Shown here piece after piece: positions 44,098 to 53,780 of a stretch of DNA of 64,000 nucleotides. Where the stretch lies: the IMG/VR virus record IMGVR_UViG_3300045594_000145, positions 1 to 64,000 of that record; one strand, given 5' to 3'. Position numbers and translations under genes: made by a program. The first letter of the stretch is position 1, and each line of letters starts with the position of its first letter. Under the pieces are notes generated by a model. The model was not told the origin of the DNA. It made no database searches and was given only the letters and a program-made list of their open reading frames with translations. This DNA comes from a virus. Its lineage: Duplodnaviria; Caudoviricetes.

Positions 44098-44727
44098 CTA
44101 TAAATATTCAAAATGATAACCCAAATAGCTTGTTTTGTTATTATATCCAGTAAGAGACTCACTTATCTTTTTCCCTACATTATCCACTTTTTTGGTTCTT
44201 GTATAGTTGTTATCTATCAACCACTGAGCACATTCAACTACAGAGGAAAACTCTTTTTCTAATTCTTTAACTTTAATTGGTTTTGCGTGAATTTCTGCAC
44301 TACTTTTTATCGGAATATTATTTTGAATTAATATATCATGAACGCTATCTGTAGATATTCCTAATTTCGTGGCTGTTTTTCTTATATTCTGTTCTTCTTT
44401 ATAAGTTTTAATAACAAGATCTCTATCAATATAAGGTTTTCCATCCCCGCCTTTTGTTGCGTTATACCCATTTCCATAAGAGCCGTATCGACTAATCCAA
44501 TAGATTTCTCTTTCTTCAGCTTCTGAATCTTCACATTGTTCTACCTCTTCAACTGAAAAATTTTCAACACCATATTTGTTCATGGCAGAATAAAGAGGCC
44601 GGTGTTCCATCCGACATTTCTTATAATCTTGACAATGTTCTTTAAATCTTTTTTCTATCGTGCCCAGAGTTTTTCCGATATAAATTTTGCCATTAATTGA
44701 ATTTGTTATTTTATAAATATATGCCAC
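44098..44727 (-). CDS. Free-standing GIY-YIG endonuclease within tRNA cluster
   Basis: YIYKITN..IYIGKT..RFKEH, REIYWI, GYN. Confidence 0.88.
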   Translation of the reverse strand: MAYIYKITNSINGKIYIGKTLGTIEKRFKEHCQDYKKCRMEHRPLYSAMNKYGVENFSVEEVEQCEDSEAEEREIYWISRYGSYGNGYNATKGGDGKPYIDRDLVIKTYKEEQNIRKTATKLGISTDSVHDILIQNNIPIKSSAEIHAKPIKVKELEKEFSSVVECAQWLIDNNYTRTKKVDNVGKKISESLTGYNNKTSYLGYHFEYL

Positions 44728-44833
44728 GATGACTAACTCCTTTTCTATAAAAACTCTATAGAAATTGGTAAAGTAATATCACAATAATTCTTGTAATCTT
44801 GCTCGCCTACCAATTACGACACATGCCGAATAG

Positions 44834-44904
44834 TAGTGATTATAGGTAATGCTCCTATGTCTACCGCTTATCAGGCGATTGCTCTACTTTTGAGCTAAAT
44901 CACT
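44834..44904 (-). tRNA. tRNA-Ile(GAT), non-canonical T loop
   Basis: ATCGC CTGATAA GCGGT; T loop AGCATTA. Confidence 0.7.
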
Positions 44905-44908
44905 AAAG

Positions 44909-44979
44909 AGTTCTATATCGGGATTGAACCGATGCTATCTGCTTGGAGGGCAGATGTACTACCATTATACGAATAGAAC
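44909..44979 (-). tRNA. tRNA-Gly(TCC)
   Basis: TCTGC CCTCCAA GCAGA. Confidence 0.8.
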
Positions 44980-44980
44980 A

Positions 44981-45054
44981 TGGCTGGCTCTAAGTGAATT
45001 GAACACTTATACTCTCCTTAACAGGGAGGAGTTCTACCATTGAACTAAGAGCCA
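44981..45054 (-). tRNA. tRNA-Asn(GTT)
   Basis: CTCC CTGTTAA GGAG; CCA encoded. Confidence 0.8.
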
Positions 45055-45175
45055 ATATTAAGCACTATCGCAGTACCCGCGTCCCTTGCTATTATTGATA
45101 GCGCCGGAGACAGCTGATTTTTTAAACGTCGCGACCGAATCATCCTAGATGTTAGACGGTCTATTCCAGACGTAG

Positions 45176-45246
45176 CACAGGAGCAAGGATTTGAACCTCG
45201 ATAAGCAGTTTTGGAGACTGCCGTCCTGCCGTTGGACGACTCCTAT
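45176..45246 (-). tRNA. tRNA-Trp(CCA)
   Basis: GCAGT CTCCAAA ACTGC. Confidence 0.85.
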
Positions 45247-45251
45247 ATAAG

Positions 45252-45326
45252 CCTTCTCTGAGAGAGTTGAACTCTCAACCTCTTCGTTCGTAGCGAAGCC
45301 GTCTATCCAATTGACTATAAGAGAAG
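45252..45326 (-). tRNA. tRNA-Arg(ACG)
   Basis: CTTCG CTACGAA CGAAG. Confidence 0.75.
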
Positions 45327-45332
45327 ATAATA

Positions 45333-45403
45333 AGCCGGCTGGGAGAGTTGAACTCACATTTACAGCTTACAAGGCAGTTGGTCTACCGTTAATCTAAGCC
45401 GGC
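45333..45403 (-). tRNA. tRNA-Thr(TGT)
   Basis: Loop CTTGTAA, acceptor GCCGGCT/AGCCGGC. Confidence 0.8.
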
Positions 45404-45407
45404 ATAG

Positions 45408-45480
45408 CACGCTCATAGAGATTTGAACTCTAATTATGCGCTTAGAAGGCGCATGCCCTATCCAATTAGACTATAAGCGT
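45408..45480 (-). tRNA. tRNA-Arg(TCT)
   Basis: TGCGC CTTCTAA GCGCA. Confidence 0.85.
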
Positions 45481-45484
45481 ATAG

Positions 45485-45557
45485 TTGCGTGAGGCCGGAA
45501 TTGCACCGGCGACCTCTTGGTTATGAGCCAAGCGAGCTACTACTGCTCCACTCCGCG
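45485..45557 (-). tRNA. Initiator tRNA-fMet(CAT)
   Basis: 5' CGCGG with C1:A72 mismatch, loop CTCATAA. Confidence 0.85.
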
Positions 45558-45880
45558 ATAAGAGATAATATTAAAGAAGAAAACTCTTTCCTTACTATAT
45601 AATATTATCATAAATCTATGAAAGTGTCAAGAAACACTTTCTGTCATCTTTTGTTTCAATCTGAACTTCGGTTCTGCTGATGACTTACCGATACACGTAG
45701 TAAAACTACAATTTGTGAACGTCACTTCTATTCACTTGCGCCTGTCGTTTAAAGATGGCGCTGACGCCGCAAAACTCTTTTACGGAGAACTAGTGCATGG
45801 GTTTATAAGGTTTTCCTTCCTTTACTATATATATTATACTACTTTTTTAAAATTTTGTCAAGTGGTTTTCTCTAAAACTT

Positions 45881-46555
45881 TTACCAAGCCGTTGCAATAT
45901 CTAGTTGAGTTGGATTACCCTCAGCAAAACCACCCGTATCTGCTACGATTGCTTCCCCTAAAGAACATAAAACAATCGAACCGCGAGGCCGCAGATTAAG
46001 ATTAGCCGCAACCATAACATAGCTGCCAAGCATCTTCGCGCCATCCGATCTTACCCAATATGGATATTCTTCTGCTGAATAGCCCATATTTCTCATAATT
46101 CTAACAACCCCACTCATATCAAGATTATAGTAAGTTTCTTTGCCAGATGGCCCGATAATAGAACCATTAGACGGGTTAAGAACTGCGCCGCTATAATCTA
46201 TCGTATAAGTAGACTGCGTTACAGAACTTTGAGCAGCCTGTATAGCTTCTTCTGCGGCCTTCTTGGCGGCTTCATCCTCAATCTGTTGGTTTAGTGTGTC
46301 AATCTGTGTATTCAAATCATCCTGTGCGGCTATAAGAGCAACATTTTTTTCACAAAGTAGTTTATTAGTTTCATTTTTATCATTATTTTCTACGATTAAA
46401 GCAGCGTTTTGTGCTGCAATATCTTCATTTTTATTTTGTAGTGTATTATTTGCCTTGTAGGTGATTGATGTAGTAACTATTCCTATAAAGATAACTACTG
46501 CTAACAGGATAGTTAAGCATTTTTCTCGTTTTGTCATTTTCCTCCTATGCCCCAC
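45881..46555 (-). CDS. Membrane-anchored coiled-coil protein with 3D-like cell-wall domain
   Basis: N-terminal TM helix; VAAN..PRGS..VADTGG..LDI. Confidence 0.65.
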   Translation of the reverse strand: MGHRRKMTKREKCLTILLAVVIFIGIVTTSITYKANNTLQNKNEDIAAQNAALIVENNDKNETNKLLCEKNVALIAAQDDLNTQIDTLNQQIEDEAAKKAAEEAIQAAQSSVTQSTYTIDYSGAVLNPSNGSIIGPSGKETYYNLDMSGVVRIMRNMGYSAEEYPYWVRSDGAKMLGSYVMVAANLNLRPRGSIVLCSLGEAIVADTGGFAEGNPTQLDIATAW

Positions 46556-46723
46556 GACAAAAAAGTCTGGATCACTTTAAGTCATGACGTCTTTTTAAAT
46601 ATTCTTGGTAATCTCTTTCTCTGCGCTCGTCTTCTAAAGAAGCCGCCTTTGCTAAAGCAAAAACCATTACTAATAATCCGCCAATAACAATAATAGTCAT
46701 AATAAAAGCTTGTAACTTTAACA

Positions 46724-47068
46724 TCAAACTATCTCCTTCTTGTAGACCTGAGCAACCATTAAATCTGGAGCTGTCCGCGCATACCGAACTTTATCGGCAT
46801 ATTTCTTCATGTCTGTATCGTCATCTTCATACAGAATATTTCTATACCAGTCAAGGATAGTTTGAATATTCTCATTTGAAGATTTCCCTTCAGAAGTTCC
46901 GCCCTGCATCTTTGCACAAGTTAATAGGCACTCTGCGGCTTCTTCATCAGTTTCTAACATACCTTCCATTGCAATAATTAAATCTGCTGGAAATTCAATA
47001 ATGAACTTGCTCGGCCAATCTTTGTATAAAATATTGACTGTCTCCTTCTTCTTCTGTTTTATAATCAT
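46724..47068 (-). CDS. Hypothetical protein
   Basis: ORF track. Confidence 0.55.
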   Translation of the reverse strand: MIIKQKKKETVNILYKDWPSKFIIEFPADLIIAMEGMLETDEEAAECLLTCAKMQGGTSEGKSSNENIQTILDWYRNILYEDDDTDMKKYADKVRYARTAPDLMVAQVYKKEIV

Positions 47069-47669
47069 ATTTCCACTCTCTAAACTTTCTAGCGGCTACA
47101 TCAAAATATTGAGGATTAACAAATACATACGTCAGCGGCCAGCGCGCAGAATATCTTGTGCAATATATTACTCCTAAATCTCTTAAAGCATCTAAATAGT
47201 AACTCACAGTAGTGTGTGAATAATTACTTAGTTTTGCTAAAGTTGAAACTTTGGGGTGAAGAGTAGATTTAACAGGATTTAATCTTGATAAGATATAAAG
47301 ATTTCTTAGTCTATAATATATCACTAGCAATGAACTTGCATTATTTTTATACTCGCCAGAGACAATTTTATTATATGCCTCATCTGGGATCGGGGTATAA
47401 TTAAATTCTCCATTGTCCGCGCAATGGCAAATAATAATTGGTTCATTTATCGTGGTATGGTCTCTCTTTATAACCCCAAGAGAAGATAATTTATCAAGTT
47501 GCCTTAATATGCTAGATTTTGATACTCCTGCTAATTCTGCTAATTCTTTGGTCTTTAATGTGCAAACTCCATTTATTTCTTTCTTGTTAAGGATAGAATA
47601 TAATAAAGTTACACTTTGATTGTGGGAAGTCATAATTGCATCCATATCAATCTGAGTCAAATTTATCAT
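46995..47669 (-). CDS. Tandem HTH DNA-binding protein
   Basis: ELAELAGVSKSSILRQL and TLAKLSNYSHTTVSYYL. Confidence 0.65.
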   Translation of the reverse strand: MINLTQIDMDAIMTSHNQSVTLLYSILNKKEINGVCTLKTKELAELAGVSKSSILRQLDKLSSLGVIKRDHTTINEPIIICHCADNGEFNYTPIPDEAYNKIVSGEYKNNASSLLVIYYRLRNLYILSRLNPVKSTLHPKVSTLAKLSNYSHTTVSYYLDALRDLGVIYCTRYSARWPLTYVFVNPQYFDVAARKFREWKYDYKTEEEGDSQYFIQRLAEQVHY

Positions 47670-47723
47670 TTATTTTTCCTCATAATTATATATTATCATA
47701 TTTTTTAACATTTGTCAAGGAAT

Positions 47724-48008
47724 TTAATTTAAATGAGAAAAATCTTTTTTCTCATTCTCCTCTTGCGCCTTCTCAGACAGATCTTTAAGGCTGTCGTAGG
47801 TATTGTCTAAAATAGTATTTAAATCTTTAACCGATATGCTCCCTTCTTCTCCGTAGATGTGTGCGACACCATTTTTAATGGCTTTAATCTGAGATAACGA
47901 ACCCAAATATACGCCTTTTTTGTAGGCTTCTTTTATACTATCCTCAATTTCATCATAAAGCTCATAATATCTTTTTAAAGATTCTTCGTCTTTATCATTA
48001 CTTGACAT
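47724..48008 (-). CDS. Hypothetical protein
   Basis: ORF track. Confidence 0.55.
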   Translation of the reverse strand: MSSNDKDEESLKRYYELYDEIEDSIKEAYKKGVYLGSLSQIKAIKNGVAHIYGEEGSISVKDLNTILDNTYDSLKDLSEKAQEENEKKDFSHLN

Positions 48009-48357
48009 TTTTTTCGCTCGTTACTTTTAGTTGAGAGTGAAAGTCATCTACGAAGTCTGTCGGAGTTCTTGTAGTAGAAGTTGTATTATCCTTCTTAATC
48101 AAAGTTGCATCGGCGCTACTATTATTACAAGTAGATGTGAATTTAGATGGACCCCAAACAGGCACTACCTTTGGTGTCTCTAGTGGCGCAGTGGGAAAAG
48201 GGAAATTATTATATACAACTGGTGAATTTAAAATATATCCGATCGTTTCATCTATCCCATTATTAAAATCATCATGACTAATTTCTGCAAGATTATACTT
48301 GATATGATATAGGAAATCTAAACAATCTCTTTTCTTCTGTAAATCTGTTTTTTCCAT
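47998..48357 (-). CDS. Hypothetical protein
   Basis: ORF with RBS. Confidence 0.55.
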   Translation of the reverse strand: MEKTDLQKKRDCLDFLYHIKYNLAEISHDDFNNGIDETIGYILNSPVVYNNFPFPTAPLETPKVVPVWGPSKFTSTCNNSSADATLIKKDNTTSTTRTPTDFVDDFHSQLKVTSEKNVK

Positions 48358-48591
48358 TTTATTTTTCTCCTATTTCTTTCATTATGTTTTTATATCTTTT
48401 GCGGATACAAATATAATATTATTATAATTATCTACAATCACTCTGGAATTATCTACCACAGGCCGCATTTAATGTTATTCTTCTTCTTCAATTATTCTTC
48501 ACTCTTTATCTTAATGACAGGAGGAACTACGATAATGATTGCAGCAACAACTAAAACCGCAAAGGTCTTGATGATGAAGGATGTTTTAATT

Positions 48592-48912
48592 CTACCAGTT
48601 GTTTTCATTTTTTTCTCTCCAACGTGTTACAGTTACAAGTCTTGTTTCTTCTTTTTTTACTACTTCAACCGGATTAAAAGGGAAATAGTTCTCTTGGTGT
48701 TCCGTTAAACCCTGCTCCCAAGTGAAGCGAAAATACCTGTCTTCAGCTTTTAGTATAGTAGTTACTGAACGAGTCCAACGACCAAGGTCTGAACTGAAAT
48801 TTTCATCCACAAGTTCAAGGGGTTCTTTTTTATAATGATGGCAATAAATTAGTTCTTTTAATTCATCTTTTGTAAACTCATGGTCTGAGTCATAATCTTT
48901 AAGAAATTTCAT
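48592..48912 (-). CDS. Hypothetical protein, paralogue of 49198-49521
   Basis: MKFLKDYDSDH..RWTRSVTT..WEQGLTEHQEN. Confidence 0.7.
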   Translation of the reverse strand: MKFLKDYDSDHEFTKDELKELIYCHHYKKEPLELVDENFSSDLGRWTRSVTTILKAEDRYFRFTWEQGLTEHQENYFPFNPVEVVKKEETRLVTVTRWREKNENNW

Positions 48913-49197
48913 AATGGTTTTCTCCTTTTAGTAGATGAAATTTGATAGTTCTATTCAAAGTAAAAGAGCCTAGTCTACCATACTTACTCATGCGCGATCG
49001 CAAAGTCCATTGTTAACTGAGGGAAGTCTGAGTCACTGCGGTCTCATTTCCTACTAAGCCGGAGAAGGTATTATCCATGATGGCAATTTCATGTTCACTT
49101 AGTCTTACAACGAGGGTTCCTTCTCCATTATCCATCTCTAAAATTTGCATATTTATCTTTCCTCTTTCTATATAGGGTGGCCGCATTAGCCTTTAGT

Positions 49198-49521
49198 TTA
49201 TATCGCTTTTCTGACAACTTCCCATGTGGTTGTAGTAGTTTGTACCATTTTTGTTTCAGTGTGCGGGATAACTTCATCAATCTTGTCCCAGTAAGAGTTC
49301 TCTTGGTATTCTGTTAAGCCTTGTGCCCAGTTGACTCTAAAATATCTATCTTTGACCTTGAAGGTGGTAGTTACATTACGAGTCCAACGATCAAGCATTT
49401 CAGAATAGTCTGTATCAACAATTTCAATAGGCTCGTTGTGGTAGATTTGATCACAAACCAGTTCTTCTATTTCGTCCTCAGAGAAGCAATGATCTGAGTC
49501 GTAGTCTTCAAGAAATTTCAT
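49198..49521 (-). CDS. Hypothetical protein, paralogue of 48592-48912
   Basis: MKFLEDYDSDH..RWTRNVTT..WAQGLTEYQEN. Confidence 0.7.
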   Translation of the reverse strand: MKFLEDYDSDHCFSEDEIEELVCDQIYHNEPIEIVDTDYSEMLDRWTRNVTTTFKVKDRYFRVNWAQGLTEYQENSYWDKIDEVIPHTETKMVQTTTTTWEVVRKAI

Positions 49522-49625
49522 ATATTTTTTCTCCTTTTAGTTAAGATATATAGTGATGCGGTCATGGTTAGAAATATTTGTAGAAGGAATGATTTCTTAA
49601 TTGTCCCGCTTGTCCTTATAATTAA

Positions 49626-50285
49626 TCACTTCTCGCAGAAGTCACAAACTTTAACCTTAGTGACAATGCGGCGCCCTCTGCGGTCACGCAATTCAAGAAT
49701 AGGCTTACAGACAAGGCCTTCCATCACTAAAGAAGGATCCTCAGCAACAAGAGAAGTAGGCTTTGTCTTGACAAAAGCAATAGCTTCAGCTAGTGTCGCA
49801 GAAGGAAGTACAACTGGGGCCGCAGATATACCAAATTTAGTGGCAACATCTTCAACATCCTGCCGAGAAAGGTATAGGTCGCCCTCAGGGAAATATACAT
49901 CAAAGAGCGCAAAGCCGCAAGAGTCGTGTAAATATCTTCCTCCACCCTTTTGAATCTTCGCCCCATAACCTTCTCCAAAGAGAATAACCTGAGTCGAGCC
50001 AAAGACTTGCTCAAAGAGTTCCTCGGTGTTAGAGTCTCCAAAAGTAGAAGTCAAGTAGAAAACTAGATTAGAAGGAAGTTGCGCCCTGTCAGTGTGTCCC
50101 GCAAAAGATACTCGATGCCCATCCCAGATAACTCTGGTATTAGTTCCGTCAATTTTTTCAGTGCAACAGAATGGCAAGTCTTTAATAAACTCAAGTTCCT
50201 CAGAACGATATGCGCCCTCTATTAACCTCTTAGTCCCATCTTCCGCTCTGCGGAATGGAGTTTCTATCTTTTGATATTCAATCAT
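49626..50285 (-). CDS. ATP-dependent RNA ligase (Rnl2-like nucleotidyltransferase)
   Basis: TEKIDGTN, FGEGYG, FALFDV, EGLV, TKVK. Confidence 0.8.
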   Translation of the reverse strand: MIEYQKIETPFRRAEDGTKRLIEGAYRSEELEFIKDLPFCCTEKIDGTNTRVIWDGHRVSFAGHTDRAQLPSNLVFYLTSTFGDSNTEELFEQVFGSTQVILFGEGYGAKIQKGGGRYLHDSCGFALFDVYFPEGDLYLSRQDVEDVATKFGISAAPVVLPSATLAEAIAFVKTKPTSLVAEDPSLVMEGLVCKPILELRDRRGRRIVTKVKVCDFCEK

Positions 50286-51065
50286 AATCTTTCCTCCTTA
50301 TCTAAAATAATTATATCATATTTTTTAGAAATCGTCAAAAATTTGCACTGCGAAATTAGAGCATTTCGAGGGAAATTTATAGGGTTTTCCCTGAAAAAAG
50401 GCTCTTTTATTTATGCTTTAAATCAACCAAAAAGCGTTTTTAATGCAAAAACTTGACAGTATAAGTAAAGGAAATGATAACTCATTTTCCAGAAAAAATC
50501 TAACGATTTTTTCTTCCAAATTCGTTATCATTTCCTTAGGAGAAAAGTGCCTTCGGCACTTTTCTCCTAGGGCGGTTTCAAATATTCCAGAAAAACGGAT
50601 TATCTAATCCATCCAAAGGTCATGACTATCCCTTATCCTCTTAGTTCATGCAGAGGGGATAGATAAAATCCTAACATAGTGGCGCATATCTTTCTTCTTC
50701 TTCTTTTTCTTCTATGGCTCTATTGTTTCTCTTCTAGTGTCTATGAGAGGAACTAGGAGTCAGTGTAATGGTAGATATGCGGTCTTTCTTCTGTATTGCT
50801 TCTTCCTCTATTGAAAAAACTTTCGCCGTTGGCTCAGTTTTTTCCCTTAGAGCAAGATCTGCTGCGCAGATCTTCCTCTGCTAACTACTGGGTAGTTTTG
50901 ATATGCGCCTGCCGCATTTGTAAAGAGATGGCTTCGCCATCTATTTACCCTAGCTCGCTTCGCTCGCGCCAGACGTCAGCAGAGGAGGAGTGGAGGAAGG
51001 AAGATAGAAGAGAGATTGCGGCCCTTAGAAGACTGTTCCGCGTTTTATCTAAATTCGGCAATGTT

Positions 51066-51362
51066 CTATTTTGCCGAATTTTGATGAACTATAGGGAGTC
51101 TAGGGGTTCTAGGGGTTCTTGAGAATATGCGCGAACAATGAACACTTCGGAAATGCTTTTCAAACCACTCTTCCGATTTCAACTCCAAGAAATCAAAGAA
51201 ATAAGTCTTATTAGTTCTATAATCAATCATGTAAACAACGATATAGTCTTCAAAAGAACGGGCTGTAAAGTCGCAAAAGCTAGTTGTCCATTCCTTAACT
51301 AAAGGGAGATCTTCATAGGTAACTGAAGACTCGGTTGTTCCTTTTGTAAAATACATTAGCAT
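51066..51362 (-). CDS. Hypothetical protein, paralogue of 55019-55288
   Basis: YMIDYRTNKTYFFDF..EEWFEKHFRSVHCSR. Confidence 0.65.
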   Translation of the reverse strand: MLMYFTKGTTESSVTYEDLPLVKEWTTSFCDFTARSFEDYIVVYMIDYRTNKTYFFDFLELKSEEWFEKHFRSVHCSRIFSRTPRTPRLPIVHQNSAK

Positions 51363-51928
51363 AGTATATTTCCTTTCAACTTTATAATATCACAGCAATA
51401 GTAAAAGGTCAAAGGAAGCGCGCGGAGCGCGATTCCTGTCGCAGAAAATTGACTCTTCCAAAAAAAGATGGTAAAATATATATAGATAGAAAAATAAATT
51501 GCGTTCGCGCAAGTGCGCGCAAGTGTTTATAGAGGTGTGTATGCTTATAAGAAAGAGTTCATTAAGAGAGGTGAGTCGAAGGGGGGTGTGGCCTCAGCGT
51601 ACGCTCCTTCCACGAGAGGTTGATGGTTTCTATATGTTGCTTTTAGATGTTGAAGATATAACGGAGCGCATATCTGGTGGAACCCTAACAAAAGCGGAAC
51701 ATCAAGAAGCGTATATATTATTGCCCTCTCTCTAAAGTTAATTCTTCTTTTACTATTTAAAGTATATCATAAAAAAAAAGAGCCTGTCAACCAGACTCTT
51801 TAGTAAACTAAAACTTTAAGTTCCAATCTGAAAAAGCATCTTTATCAATTTGCTAATGTTGATGATTTTTTAAGATCTGTTGCCATTTCTTATTTCCACA
51901 ACCATATTCTGCTTTAAATCAGATTTTT

Positions 51929-52249
51929 TCATCTTCCTTTTTCCTCTTCATTTCTTACAACATCTTCAACATTCAAAGCGAAGGAGACAACACAAAAATA
52001 AGATTCTTTAAAGAACAAATAATTATAAACTTCGTCCTTTTTCATACCAGCTTGTTCTTCTGTTATCTCACCCCAAGTTAAGCGCTGAGCTATTTCATAT
52101 TTTTCTTTTAATTCTTTATCCTCTTTGATCTTTTTGTCTCTTAACTCTTCTGCGCCGCGCTTATTATCGAAAACACCTACAATCCATTCTTCGTGATCAG
52201 AATATTCTCCGCTTTCACCATTAACTATGTATATTCTTTTGTTTTCCAT
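51929..52249 (-). CDS. Hypothetical protein
   Basis: IYIV..GEYSD..IVGVF common phage motif. Confidence 0.6.
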   Translation of the reverse strand: MENKRIYIVNGESGEYSDHEEWIVGVFDNKRGAEELRDKKIKEDKELKEKYEIAQRLTWGEITEEQAGMKKDEVYNYLFFKESYFCVVSFALNVEDVVRNEEEKGR

Positions 52250-52280
52250 TGTCTTTCTCCTTTATCGCTGATACGATATC

Positions 52281-52559
52281 TCATTTATCCATAGAGTTTT
52301 CAACTTCCACTTTCGCAAGTTTGTCTCTATAAATTGCCTCCAGATTGTTCCAAAAATTTGCTGGTAGTCCAAGAACCATCTCAAGTCGATTCGCAACATC
52401 AGGTGTCAACTGGACTTCACCGTTGACTAAATGACTCACATGCTTCTCTGACATACCCATTCGAGAAGCAAATTCTTTCTGACTCATACCACGGTTCTCT
52501 AATTGTTCTTTTATAGTGGCACCGGGTGGAGTAGCTATAAAGTTCCGACTCCTCGTCAT
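52281..52559 (-). CDS. HigA-like XRE HTH antitoxin (orphan)
   Basis: TPPGATIKEQL..MSQKEFA..ANRLEMVLG..FWNNLEAIY. Confidence 0.8.
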   Translation of the reverse strand: MTRSRNFIATPPGATIKEQLENRGMSQKEFASRMGMSEKHVSHLVNGEVQLTPDVANRLEMVLGLPANFWNNLEAIYRDKLAKVEVENSMDK

Positions 52560-52593
52560 AATGTTTTCCTCCTTTAATTACGAAGCAGGTAAC

Positions 52594-52959
52594 TCAAGAA
52601 AGATCAGCAAGAGCTAACTCAATACAAGATTTAAGCAAGTACTGACGAATGAAAGAATCATCAATCCGAACATCTTCGTCTGGAGAAATCTCTAGTGCTT
52701 CAACAGCTTCAAAAAGTAAAGGAATGTTAGAAGCAACAGCTTCTGCGGCATCCTCTTCCCTAGAGAAATAGTAAGAATAACCTCCAGTAATGTTATCGAG
52801 CGATTCTAATTCATCGTAGAGAGAGGCAATAACCTCATTGGCAGATGGATCTTTTGGAAGTTCATGTCGAGCCGCGTAATCTTCAAGAGAATCATAATTA
52901 GAGTGAAAGTATGAAACAATATTAGAAATCATGGAGCTTTCATAATCATAACAGGACAT
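52594..52959 (-). CDS. Acidic hypothetical protein (family with 41308)
   Basis: DNITGGYSY..NIPLLFEA..DSFIRQYLL. Confidence 0.6.
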   Translation of the reverse strand: MSCYDYESSMISNIVSYFHSNYDSLEDYAARHELPKDPSANEVIASLYDELESLDNITGGYSYYFSREEDAAEAVASNIPLLFEAVEALEISPDEDVRIDDSFIRQYLLKSCIELALADLS

Positions 52960-53124
52960 TTTAGTTCTCCTTTCTTTAATATATATATTATAACACAAAA
53001 GAGAAGAAAAGTCAACAGGGGCCGCAAAATGGGTTCAAAGAATGGGGAAAAGATACCCCCCTGTTCCGCTCGCCCCCCCCCTTTTTTTTCAATATCTAAG
53101 AAATCTATAAAGCAGCGGCGCCAA

Positions 53125-53415
53125 TTAGTTGTCGGCCTTCAAATTATAAATAGGATATAAGTGATCAAGAACCTCCGCAGTAGGCGCGATTAATTCTTCA
53201 ATCTCTGCGGCGTCCTTATAGGCATCTGGGGCTTCGTCTAAAGTATTGGCAGAAACAGAGGTAGTAACAATATCTTCCATCTGCTCCTTATAGGCATTGA
53301 GATCAATTGTTGCCTTAGCAACTGTTCTACTCATTGCGCGACCCGCGCCATGTGGGGCTGAGCAGTTCCATTCTTCATTCCCTAGACCCCTACAAATTAG
53401 AGTGCCGGCGCGCAT
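53125..53415 (-). pseudogene. rtcB: C-terminal fragment of RtcB RNA ligase
   Basis: GLGNEEWNCSAPHGAGRAMSR, DEAPDAYK, PIYNLKA; N-terminal part absent. Confidence 0.8.
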
Positions 53416-53702
53416 ATCTTACAAGAACTGCATTTCGTCCCTTGATTGCCTTTTGTTTCTTGCTTAGTGGGCTCTAACACTCTTTCGTCAAAATACCAGT
53501 CCGTTACATCAAGAAAATAATCTGCATTACCATCAACGCCACCACACTTTTTAGTAACAGTGTGAACTGTATTACAGAAATCTGCCATTTGTCTACAGAA
53601 ACCTGTATTTCCTTTAAGGTTTCCACACTCGTCTACTCCAAATTCTTTTTCCATACTCTCCCAACTTCTAACTCTAACCTTGTCACCTACTTTGAATTTC
53701 AT
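53397..53702 (-). CDS. Hypothetical phage protein
   Basis: MKFKVGDKVRVRSWESMEKEFG. Confidence 0.6.
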   Translation of the reverse strand: MKFKVGDKVRVRSWESMEKEFGVDECGNLKGNTGFCRQMADFCNTVHTVTKKCGGVDGNADYFLDVTDWYFDERVLEPTKQETKGNQGTKCSSCKICAPAL

Positions 53703-53780
53703 AATATTCTCCTCTTTAATTAAATCTGAAAATTCAATAATTTCAAAACCTTCCTAAAGTGAGTACACTGGCGACATCTA

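Noticed and set aside
44077-44098. tmRNA 3' end
   Set aside because: No matching 5' end or tag reading frame found; treated as a tRNA fragment
45670-45710. Hammerhead ribozyme (CTGATGA on plus strand)
   Set aside because: No GAAA and stem II/III arrangement; opposite to the promoter direction
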